59,267 nucleotides of DNA. Origin: Bigelowiella natans CCMP2755. Taxonomy: Eukaryota; Protista; Cercozoa. The notes under the pieces were generated by a model. It was not told the origin of the DNA. It searched no databases and worked only from the letters and a program-made list of their open reading frames with translations. This document shows positions 13,735-25,018 of the stretch, one piece after another. The first letter of the stretch is position 1. Each line of letters starts with the position of its first letter. The stretch is from positions 1 through 59,267 of the forward strand of contig ADNK01002679.1 of the NCBI GenBank assembly GCA_000320545.1, read 5' to 3'. The translations under genes were made by a program, and so were the position numbers.

Positions 13735-14793
13735 TGATAACCCATATTACCAAGATAAAAATTAAAAAACGATAAGAACGCGCAGGGAGAACTTGTTACA
13801 ATCTCGAATCGGGTAGATCCCCGCTGGGCAAAAGTCGGCGAGAAAACGCCCTGCAAAACGGACTGGCTATCTCACAAGGCGAAACATGTCCACGAGCCCA
13901 ATAACAACAAATAACATAAACCGAATATACACTGAAAGAGCATCGAAAAACGGAAAACATGAAAGATAATGCAAGTTATGCTAGAAGAGAAAGGTATCAT
14001 TTATTCAAGACCTCGCATGAGTAACGTGTAACCCAGGCAATCAAGTCGCACATGTTGGTCATCGCAAGCACGACGTGCATAAGAGCGGCCCATATCTGTT
14101 CAGAAAGAAGTATTGGAATCAGGTTGAAGAAGGTGGGAGAATTTGGTGGCAATGGAAACTCATGCAACCAAACAATCGCTCCCACAAGGTATGCGAATAA
14201 TGCCCCCAGAGAATTTTTTGAACAGATATCCAAGATAGAGCGCCTTGTTTTAATTTTCTATCTCTTCAGCACTGAAAGGTGACTGAAAGAACGCCGTTCG
14301 TCTCGCAACGCAGCAGTGTCGTAGAATGTACCAAAAAAATAAAACAAGCTGAGGTTCCATCTTCCCTCGCGTTTTTCAATGAAGACCCCGTTCGAGAATT
14401 AAAAACTGCGCATTTTGTGAGTGTCACCTGGGTCCATGCGTAGAAGGGAAGGAACTTTATCTGCAAATAAAAATAAAATTTCATATTTGGCATATGCCAC
14501 AGTTTCTTCGCTCGTCTACGCTTGAGTGGTTATCGCGCGTGTGTGGATGCAAATACACGTGCGGAATCGAACTGTGCTCCCGTATTAAACATATTGCAGC
14601 ACCAGCTGCTTTGTACGTAGTCTAGATTGGTGCTGTACCCCTAGTTGCTGGGTCACATTGAAGACTGCTATAGAAAAGATCGAAACTGGCCCCGTCACGC
14701 CTAAGGAATGAATCGCAGCACATGTAACACATACACACACACAGCTATATATATCAGTACACACACACCCACACACCCACACACACACACACA

Positions 14794-14828
<35 letters not shown>

Positions 14829-15328
14829 TTTATATTTATGACATACATATACAATTCTAGTGTCGCATGGAAAATGAGAGGAGAACGACGTACTTTTACA
14901 GTGAAACTAAAACGGACATATTTTTGGCAATTGATTGATACCGAGGATACAGAGTGGCTGCCCCCCAAAAATGGCAAATATGACTCCTGTTAGCGCGGTC
15001 GAGAATATCACCTACGAACGTGTATATAGCGTGAACGACAGGGCCCCCAATCACAGTTTTAACAACGGTGTGATTTATTTGCGTCACCTCGACAGCCCCG
15101 ATTTGAACAGAGCTATTTTCTTCCGTATTCGCCTCGAGGAGAACACTGAAAGTGATTGCTGGAGCTATGGAGGTAAAGAACATGAAGAATATCGACGCTG
15201 TTACCTGAATTTTAAAATTTCAGAGATTACACAACTACTATATACATAGACCCGCCCCATCAGCGGTTTTACCACAACAAATAGCTGCGAACAAGTATTA
15301 GCAGGCTATGTACTGATTCTTGCATGAG

Positions 15329-15374
<46 letters not shown>

Positions 15375-16103
15375 AATATATCGATCGTCTGCCTTACTTT
15401 GGCGGAGAAAATTCCTTCATTTGTCCAATCATCCCAATACCATCGAGATCGCCGTTTCAGATCTTCAATCATCCCACCGCAGAAGCCCTGTGAACACACA
15501 ATGAAATCATCCTCGTCTGCGCTGGAGCACCTAAAAAACATCCGCCTTCAACACCACCTTGCTACATATCGAGTTCAAAGTGACAGCTTCCATGCCGGGA
15601 CTCGCTCAAAAAGTTGTTTTCACCCCACTGGATTGCGCTTTGTTGTCGCAGAGTGAGTGAAAAGGTGTGGGGAGGGTGACTGGGAGCAACTCAACGCCGA
15701 ACTAGCCGGTAGATAACTTAAATTGTTCCAATTCTTTTTTCCTTAGCTCGGCCAGAACCCCACCTCTTCGAGAAGAAGAGAGAAAAGCAGACACTGTGTG
15801 ATGGAAGTGTTTAGTTGTTCCCGGGTTTAACTTTGGTCTTGGATGATCCAGACCGATGTCGTACCAGTCTCTGCAAATTGACAGACAACGCAACGGGCAA
15901 ACCGCCGTTTCAATGGTCAACAGTGTTTCTGACCACGTGGCATGATTGTGATGTCGCATATACAAAACCGCATGTATTTTATTTCTTCGGATTGTCATTT
16001 CAGTTGGTGAACTCGCACGGCCTTTCATGCACATTTCTCGAAATAAAGTTGTCGCACATGTACGAATAGGATCGAAATCATGGAAACGTTCAGACGTCAT
16101 CAC
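8106..16103 (-). CDS. SLC4/BOR1-type bicarbonate/borate transporter (about 25 small exons)
   Basis: Hand-spliced exons give family motifs in the expected order: FCGGMIEDLKRRSRWYWDDW; FMFFTSIAPAITF; FAIFGGQPLCIL|GVTGPVSIF; VTRYSCE|TFGCLIA; WRDLTSDYA; VLFFFDHN|VSSLLSQAPEFKLRK|GSAFHWDFF; GIPPTNGLIPQ|APLHTKSL; EQRVSNLLQ; LFLFMGAASFPGNQFAER; FTLIQ; AAMLFPL. Proposed stop TGA at 8106-8108. The 5' end is approximate. Confidence 0.92.
8535..15370. repeat. Dense intronic microsatellites: (GA)n, (TA)n, (CA)n, (GAT)n
   Basis: Examples: (GA)n at ~8550-8620, 9120-9180, 13410-13445 and 13680-13735; (TA)n at ~9890-9925, 10050-10080, 13495-13530 and 15330-15370. All lie between inferred transporter exons. 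Confidence 0.9.
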
Positions 16104-16354
16104 AACCTGAACCGAGGAGGAGGGCTCTACTCTTACTCGAGGAGCTCGGACCCTCCACGGCGGAGAGGTCAGTCAGTCAGTAGCGATCAAGGCTTGTTTC
16201 GTAAATTTGCTACGGGTGGATCTATATCTTACTGAGAGTTTTGGGCAGGTGGAAATTCGTGGATGGTGAATTCAGGATTCATACTGGCCATTCGTACCAT
16301 TTACTAACCGCAAAAAAACAGACAAGAGGGCTCTAAGGGAAGAAGGCGATTGCC

Positions 16355-17678
16355 ATGGGTAGTTTTTACCTGTGAGAAGAGTTTTCAGGGAATCTAGATG
16401 GAGATTATGAATATATAAAATCTGAAGAGCGAGATTATGACACGCAATCTCCTCGGGGGTTCTCAAAAACACATGAAATAATAACAGTGCATACTCAAAA
16501 CCTATCCTCAGGCTGCGGGGCAACCAAGAGCAATACACCCAAAGTGCAAGGGAAAATACCAACTGGAGTAGACTCACAAATCTTGCAAATTTTCGACTAT
16601 GAAGCTAAACGAACAGAGGAGATAAAAGGAGACAAAGAATTCATCAAGAAGGTGGTCCATACATGTAATGTTAAGATTTGATCGCCTGAAACTCAAACTT
16701 CGATTCCGCACAGGTTCTGGCCGCTCAGAAAAAAGCCTACGCTTCAGGCGATAAATCAGATCTTGAAAAGTTTAAAAATGACGAAAAGGAGAGGAAAATA
16801 ATATCAAATGCGATCGCGCTCGGTAAGTAGCACTTATTTTTAAAAGAAATACAACGATTGCCAACAATTGAGTGAATGTACACGCGTATAATCATTCACA
16901 GAAACCTTGTGGAAAAAGTTTGATATCGATGGTAATGAGAAAATTGATCACGAGGAACTGCTGGAACTGCTGAAGGTGCCATGAAAGGCCAAAATCAGGA
17001 TTTGCAGAACTTATCCATTTACTTCAGGTATATCTGCAAACGGCGGTGTACTGGCTAAAAAAGACAATTGTAGAGCAGGCTGTGAACCGTCTGAGGGCAG
17101 AGCTTGCTGAAAGGTAGACTAGACAAATCTAAATTCAACATAAATCCAACTCTAAAATTGCCGTTACCTCCATGCTTAGCGGAAGCAACATGACAGATTC
17201 TCAAAGGGATCACGTCATAACTGTGCTGAATAAACATGCAACAAATGTTCTTCAAGAATGGTCCGACTCAAAAGGTTTTCCAAAATTCATCTACATGGTA
17301 CATGTCTATTTGGCTCTGACAACAACATGCATGGTCACAGGGAGTCCCGAGACTGTAGGGAAGATGTTCCAAACGATGGATGAGAACAATGTCAGAAGAA
17401 GTGTCTCGTTCAGTACTTCTGATTTAGCATTTTTTGAAACTTCTAAAATTCTTGTATCATTCAGGATGGAGTTATTGAAAAAAAAGAGTTCCTGAAGCAT
17501 TTCATGGATTCGCTAGAAAACGATGTCTGTTGCTCAAGCAAATCGAGGGTCAGCATAAAATCAAAGAAACGTCGGCGGATTTGTGAATTGTTTTCATTCA
17601 CATTAGGTTATTGCTAAAAATGTGGCTAAGGCATCGAAAAGGGAAATTACCTGGATTTTTAAATCTAATGCAGTGTAG
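16355..17678 (+). CDS. EF-hand Ca2+-binding protein with N-terminal MGC dual-acylation motif (multi-exon)
   Basis: ATGG|intron 16359-16511|GC TGC gives MGCGATKS. EF loops LWKKFDIDGNEKIDHEEL (~16905-16965) and MFQTMDENN|DGVIEKKEF. Proposed stop TAG at 17676-17678. Confidence 0.75.
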
Positions 17679-19097
17679 TAATAGCGAAGAAGGATTTTGC
17701 CCTGAGTTCAGTGAGACAGCAATGTAAATAATCTTGACGAGTTGACATAAGATCCGCTACACAATAGACACATGATGAACTATTTCACCAACTATTCTAG
17801 ATGTGTCAGAGTGATCACACAGAGCTCCTTTACTTGTTTAGTGCGCGTACTATAAACATCTAGACTTGCATAAATTTTACCATCTGCATTTAGAATTTCA
17901 TGCAATGCTAGAATGCGCGCTAGCGCCGTGCAAACGGTCTATTTCGCATCGTAGCGTCTAGAGCGTGACGGGACATATCTACACATCTAGACATGCACGC
18001 AGAGATGCATGGGTGCAACTTATCTAGTTATGGGACGGATGTGATGAATGATTAAATATTTCCAATGCTAGAATACTAGAGAAGTCATCCTAGCATCGCA
18101 GATGCCTCTGCCTAGCTGCTGCAACCAGCAAGCTTTGCACTATTGGCCAAATCGAATTTTCGAAGTCAAACGCCGCCGGCCGCTACCGGCTGCGCTCGAA
18201 ATCTGAGGACCTTGCTAGCTTGTGAACGCTTGCAATTTTGATTTTCATGACGTGCGGTCTTCAGCATTGCACTTTGCATAGTCTCAGCTAGTTCCCTTTT
18301 AAAAATGGGAAAAATTGTTTTTTTCAAAAAAATCATTGAAATGAGCTATCTAGCTAGCTAGCCCCCATGTTTTCCTATTTCGCTGGAAGCTGAAGCATGG
18401 AAAAAATCAAAACTTTGATTTTTCAGAGTTGACCATCAAAGTTTCAATGGGAAACAGATCACGTCATCAGAAACACTGCATCAAAGCTAGCAAAGTTTTG
18501 TGTGCATTGGAGCATCAGTTTTTTTGAAAAAGTTGACAAAGTCGTTCCATCAATTCGCTAGTTTGCTAGTTTGGCCCAAAATCGTCATTTTTGTTTTGTC
18601 ACTTTGCACCCCTCTAGCGTTCCCAGGCTAGCAGGCAGCATTGTGATGCAAACCAAATGACAGACATGCAATGCTAGAATGTGACATGCAATAACACATG
18701 CAACACAACATGCTAGCATGTTACTGTTTCCATCATCCAACAATGAGCTCAGAATTTGTGAACATGTCTTAGTTGGTGACACCTAGACACCTCTTGGAAT
18801 GCGGTTTGAGCACTCTGGCACTGCTAGACTGGTTTGAGTTGTGCAAACAAAAAAATCCCTGCCAGTAGCGCAGCCGATGCGCTATGCATAGCAGAGCGCG
18901 CTAGCGCGCGGCCGGTCGCGAAACATCGAAATGATGATGTTTGTCCACACTGGCGCTGGTATCGTGTCTGTTTAGGCACAATGATTGGAGCAAGCTTCAG
19001 GCTAGCAAGGGTGGACAGATGCCGCGATGTGTGAGACGATGTATTCAAACACAGACATTTACATGCATGCACACTAGCATGCCGCAGCACATATCTC

Positions 19098-21844
19098 TTA
19101 AAAATTTTCCTTGTGTAGTTTGAAAAATTGTTTGTGCTCCACCGAACTGTATCGACCGCACATCTGCTTCAGATCCTTGCCAATGTATCGATTCCCACAA
19201 AACATGACACCAACATTTTTGTTAGGGTGCAAGTGAGCAACCCTCTCAAAAAGAGGACTCCAATCGGGTCGGCCTTTGATTACAGTGATGTCTCCAAATT
19301 GCTTCTTCTTTTCCTTAGGATTTAGCATGTATTTATAGAGCTGTTCTCTTCCAAATGTAGCCTTTTCTTGAATGACTTTCATATCGGCAACGCTTCTCCT
19401 TCCCCAGAAGTCTTTTCTTTTGATTCCGCTGAGAGCGTTTTTCACATCATCAGTTTTAATTACCTTTGGAACTGAAGTGATGTATATATTGAATTTCCAA
19501 GACTTTCCTTTCATACCGTCGCCTTTTTTGCGCATGTCAGTCAAGGCATTTTGACAATCACATACTTTGGCAGCAAACCATCTATATGCTTCAACATCGC
19601 GGTAACTCACAACCCAAAAAAAGTGACAATGTGCAGGGAATATTTTCCCTAACCCAAATTTCCATCGATGGTACACAATAGATTCAGCACAGGCGATAAC
19701 AGGTGTTAGTCCAATTCCAGCCCCTGCGATCATGGCAACTTCGTATTCAGTCATATGCTGTGTAGGTGCGGAATGAGGCCCGTCTATGAGTAGCATTTTC
19801 AGCCCGTTTGGGCCAAGAACACGTCCTTTAACCACCTTTCCAAGATTGTTTCTGTGCATGAGCTCATGATAGAACTTTCCACTTGGAGCCAAGGACATTA
19901 AGTAATCTCGAACACCCTCTGTCCAGCTCCCTGGCCCTTGGACCTGAATGTGGAGAGTCCACGTATCCTTTTGAGGAGGCGAGGATATCGTAAAAGGATG
20001 CCATTCAAATGGCTTTACGGAGGGACAATTCACGAACACATATTGACCCTCACGGTAGCCATCAGTACCAAAAGCAGATTTCTCCATTTCTATTGCAAGA
20101 AGATTCGGCTCCATAACCATGACTGAAACAATTGAGACATCTCGTTTGGATCGTATGTAACGACAGATACGCTCTATGATGTAAAGAATACCAGGAATGA
20201 TGAAATAGAACCAAAAATTTGGATTGAAGCCACCCGCCCCATGGGTGAGGGTGATAGCGAAGTAAAAGATAAAGAGATGATGAGAATACCAAAATATCTC
20301 AAATGTGGGCCTTTTTACATCCTCAAAAGCTCCCATGTATATAAGTTGACACATCACTAGAAGGATAACCCCAGAATAGAATGGCCAGAGACCGAAGAGA
20401 GCAACAGTTTGGTCCGGTCTAATGTTGTAATTTATAAAGTGAGCTACAGTATGAAAGATAACCCCAAACAATGATATTTTAGCTAGAGTTTTATGGAGAA
20501 GAAGTGCTTTATCTAAAGGTACGAAATCAAAGAATATTCGAATTGCCTTAGCACTACAAGTTTCTTGAGAAGTAGCTCTATTGTAAATGAAGCGAATAAT
20601 AGTGCGACAGACTGGTATCAGTAGCAGACTTGAATTTACATCAATAATCGCACCGAATGCCTTTGCCCACGGTGCCCACGGGGAAAGACGATCGTCCTCG
20701 TCTTGTGAATTTACAATATCTGTCCATATTACTGCAGTGTAGATTGCAAGGGCTACATTCCCACTTGCATATAGAGCGCAAAAAATCATACGCTGTAATT
20801 TATTTTCCTCGTGCTTGTGAACGATATAGCTAGTAACTTTATCGCAACAAGTTAAATTAGCATTTTCCTCTGCCAATTCCTTATCTCTTCTTGTTTTGCG
20901 TTTTTTTTTGGAAGGAATAAAAGGCTCATCCTTCAAGAAACCAATGACATCAATGAAAGCAGCAATTAATAAAAACAATCCTGCGGTCCAGAGTGGAAAT
21001 GATACGAAACAAATTCCACTCATCACAAGCCAGAGGAGAGCACGTAGTGGAAACATTTCTATAATGGGTTCGCCTTCGAATAAATATTCATAAACACCTA
21101 GTATTACTCCAACAAGTGTTGCAAGCATTCCTAGGCCAACATCCATAATTCCGGATCCATCAACCTTAAGAATGACACCACACACACATAAAAAGTTTAT
21201 CCCATATCAATGATTGATTCGAATTATTAATGTTCTAAAACCTTTTCTTCAGCTCCAAAGTGGACAGCTAGTAGACCAAATATAACCAGGGCAACAGAGC
21301 CTCCATAAAGCATTTGTTTATGAGCATAGACACGAAAAACCGTACGAGACGCATCCTTTTGGTTTCTTTTCTTGATATTCAGAACATGTTGCTTTTCTCC
21401 ATCAGAAACCTTCGAATCAACAATTAGCAACCCTTGTGTTGATTGGTCATAACTTCCAACTGAAAATGTGCTATCTTGTCGTAGTAAGGATCCCACTGGG
21501 TTGCAATAATTTGCAGGGAAAACACCATGCTTCACGTTTCCACTTGGAAGTCGGATTTCTCCCAAATACCAACCAGAAGGATCTTTTTTGAGAAGTTTGA
21601 TGCGATCTCCCTCTTTAAAAGAAAGCTGATCGGGATCTAGAACGTAAAGAGAAGAAATATTTCTTGAGATTTTTGTTGTGTATGTCAAATGTCACTCCCA
21701 TTAAAGAAAAACAAATGATTTGTAACATTCTAATAGCTCAACCATTGGCCGCGAAATCCCACTGAGCCTGAAATTAATCACCCGAAGCCATTAAACAACG
21801 AAACATCTTGGATCTAGATTAACGAAGACCTTGTAGATCGCCAT
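19098..21844 (-). CDS. NADPH oxidase (Nox/gp91phox-like) with N-terminal SH3 and p22phox-like 4-TM domain, copy 1
   Basis: Exons 21844-21830, 21767-21743, 21636-21242 and 21164-19098 splice in frame via GT-AG. SH3: AQWDFAANDPDQLSFKEGDRI...GWYLGE...GVFPANY. Heme His: LLHKTLAK..FHTVAH and FWYSHHLF..LTHG. FAD: EWHPFTISS. NADPH: IDGPHSAP, AGAGIGLTP, MFCG. C-terminal HKENF. Confidence 0.93.
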
Positions 21845-22450
21845 GTTGTGAGATGGTAGAATGAGCTGTTGCTCAAAAGGCAGCACGGTAAAGCGTTAAA
21901 TTCATTTTCAATTTTGTGAAGGAAACGAGTTTTTGACCACCGAGATCACTTGCAGCTTCTCAGTGCTCCCATTTAATATTACCCAATTGTGATTCCTGTG
22001 CTATGGATGTGTCTCTTCACGAATACTTCCTTCATTTGTACAAAACCGATGAACAAAAAGCTGCACACAGTGATGCAATATGCTGGAAGTCGGGGACTTT
22101 TGCACGTGGGGGAGTTTTTAGTGATATACAAAAGCGCGCACAATATTCAGAGGTATAAATTTATAATGCGACATCTTACTTTTTATGTCGCACTGCTTTT
22201 CTTAAATGCCATCCTTAGACATAATATAATTAGTCCAAATCTCTGGAGGAGTACACAATGTAAAAATCGGCTGTGATGCTAGTATACCAAATTGAATAAT
22301 GAATTAATGTCGCGTTCAATAAAAAAAACGCCTTCCACAAATAATTTGTTTGAGAAGCGCTTTCTAAAACTTAGATCTTTTCCCGAACCACAGATTTCTC
22401 TGTCATGAGTGCGGCATTCTGGATCTAACATTGATCACTTGCTCCTCGCG

Positions 22451-23518
22451 ATGGCAATGGCCGATGGCTTTGGGTTCGAAGAGAAGATCCCTGATATGTC
22501 TGCAACTTTATGTGGCAGCTACGGTCGTTACAACCATGAATTTCTATTATTTGGTACAACTAAAAAGTTGGACGACAATGATGAATTTGACCAACGCGAA
22601 CAATTTCAAGCGCCAAAAGCAATAGAAGGCGAAGAAAATACAAAACCAGTCTTAAGTGAAGTTGGTGGAAAATTTGATAAAGATGCTGATAACAATATCA
22701 ACTTGAATTGCCAAAGTTCAAAATATGATGAAAAGCTCTCAATACCATCAGGTTTGCGTTTCAATCAGATACTTACGTAGTATTGAACTTTAAATGTGCT
22801 TTGATATTCAGGAGATGATTTTCTTAATACAGAAAGTTGCTGTACAGAACAGCAACGAAATCGAAGTGAGGAAATCGACAGTAGCAGTGAGAGCGCCTCC
22901 GTGCAACAGCTTCAATTGGATAGCTCTCTTAGTGAGGATACCCATTTCAGATCAAAACCACAGATTGTCAAACACAAAGGTTTAGTCTATACTGGTCCAA
23001 CTAAGGGAAATCGTCCAAACTATAAGTTAAAGCAGGAATGGGAATGGAACATATATCCTCACGGAGTATCTAAACAAAATCATAAACTTAGGGTACAGAT
23101 CAAACAGAAGGGGGCAAATCCCACATACCCATCATTTCCATGTACTCTCTCTGGTTTGCTAGATGCTGCACTGTTTAGAGACCAGGAGTCATTTAAACTC
23201 TGGAAATCTGGTGTTCTAGCTCGAACTCCAAAGTTCAATTTCGAAGCATATAGCACGGCAACAGCTGATAATGATGTAGCTCAGTACAATGCAAGATCTA
23301 AAAATGCTGGAGCGAGAGCAAGTCATCGAAGGTTTAAGAAAGTCAATAAACGAAGAACAAATTATAAATCAAATAATATTAGAAAAAGCTTAAGAACGTC
23401 ATCATCTCGCTCACCGAAAGATTCTACAAAGCTACTCGATGCACAATCAGCTAAAGGACAAGATGACGTTCTCTGCAAGAGTCGCCGTCGTCGATGTCAG
23501 ACGAGAAAACTGAAATGA
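22451..23518 (+). CDS. Putative AP2-like DNA-binding protein (2 exons)
   Basis: Intron 22752-22811 joins ORFs 22409 and 22901 in frame. PHGVSKQNHKLRVQIKQKG..YPSF..TLSGLLDAALFRDQES..LW...PKFNF resembles the AP2/ERF pattern GV..I..F.T..AA..RD..NF. A basic C-terminal tail follows. Confidence 0.6.
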
Positions 23519-25018
23519 TATAATCCAATTGGAAAATAATGAAATGTCCATCTTCAACACCATTCGCACTCCAAGATCGTTTGGTAAAATTTTGTAAAAC
23601 TTTTAGCTTCAATCTTCTGTCATGCCTAGATGCACCTGTTATTTCAGGATGATGACCATCATGTTTGCAAGGAGCTCATTGTCGCGCACATCTAGATGAA
23701 CAAAGTCACACGCAGCAACGCCTTGGATGTGAATGCAACTGTTTCTTTGCAGTTCCGCTGCTTTCACTGTGGTGACCGCATGTCCAGCACTGGAATCGAG
23801 TGAATGCAAAACAACTCGCCTTGGCAATCAAAAACATTGATTTGTTCGAATCAGTGATCTAGCTAGCTAGGACTCTGACTAGCTGGGGCTGCACGTGTTG
23901 GTGCGATGAAAGCAGCCGGCTGAGATTGCTGTGGCACAGCGTGGGTGGCATGGACGGTGTCACCAAAGGAGCAAGTTGAAAGTTGAAGCCTTGCTAGCTG
24001 TGTGCTCATCAAGTTTTGTTGTGATGTGAGTGTCACGAGCTCTGTCAATCACCTTGGGCTGAGAGTTCCACTCCCCCACCTGCCCAAACATGCACGTGTT
24101 GTGAGCAGTCTTGCTCAAAGCAGTGTTTCCCAAAGTGTCACGATCACTCCAAGTTGACGAATGGAATGAATGAAGGGTTTGGATGCAATTGGAGCACTTG
24201 ACAGATCATCGGCTGCCACATTTTCAATCGAATGAAACGTTGCAGTGAAAATGTGTTGCGAGCACAATGTGCCCGTGGCAGATGATCGTGGAGCGCCATT
24301 CGTGGATTTGTGCGAAAATCATGTCCATTTTCAAGTCACACCATCACAACGGGATTCTGTCTTTGCTACAATCATGAGAAAACAACTTGCTGAACATTGG
24401 CAAAAAAGACAGGCTTCAAGTTTAATGCATGTTCGTTGTCTCTCAGAGCAGGTGCCCTGTTTTGTCAACCGACTTTCGAAAGTCGCGTGGCAAGCACGAG
24501 CGTACGCGCAAAGCTCCGACTCTGTGGCTTCAGTTCTTGGAAACTGGCTTGTTGTTGTTGTCGCACCATTAAAAATATGACCCGTTTCTTGTTTGTGATT
24601 GTGCATCTGAGGGAAGAAGACACTGTACCCATGTCGGCAGCCACGCGACAAGAGGGCACTATGTACCAAGCCCAAATTTTTAAACGGTAGAGCACCAGTT
24701 GGACCACGAACGCATTTAATTATATGTGTAAGACAATATTCGCAGTAATCATAAATAGTAAAAGGATCGCAATCTACTAGATCTACAGCACGAGTGAGGG
24801 AGAACTATTTAGATCTTACATCGGGTTTCAGATCCATCGGTTTTCCAGCCACTGAGCATGGAGTATGAAAACGCAAATGCGCCGTTAAAAACTAAGTCGC
24901 GATGTTGAAATAGACTGTCGTTTAATTTTGTTTGATTTATGTTTGTGCTGTACACGAACACAAACTCAAAGTGCCTTACCGTCTGAGTTGCAGAAACCAA
25001 ACTCAAGGCTGAGACGAC

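Noticed and set aside
8386-13856. ORFs with poly-SL, RE, YI, CV or poly-His tracts
   Set aside because: They are translations of intronic microsatellites within the SLC4 gene.
21227-21688. Separate small SH3 protein gene (also 25137-25739)
   Set aside because: Canonical phase-0 introns at the same position in both paralogs join these ORFs to the Nox ORF.
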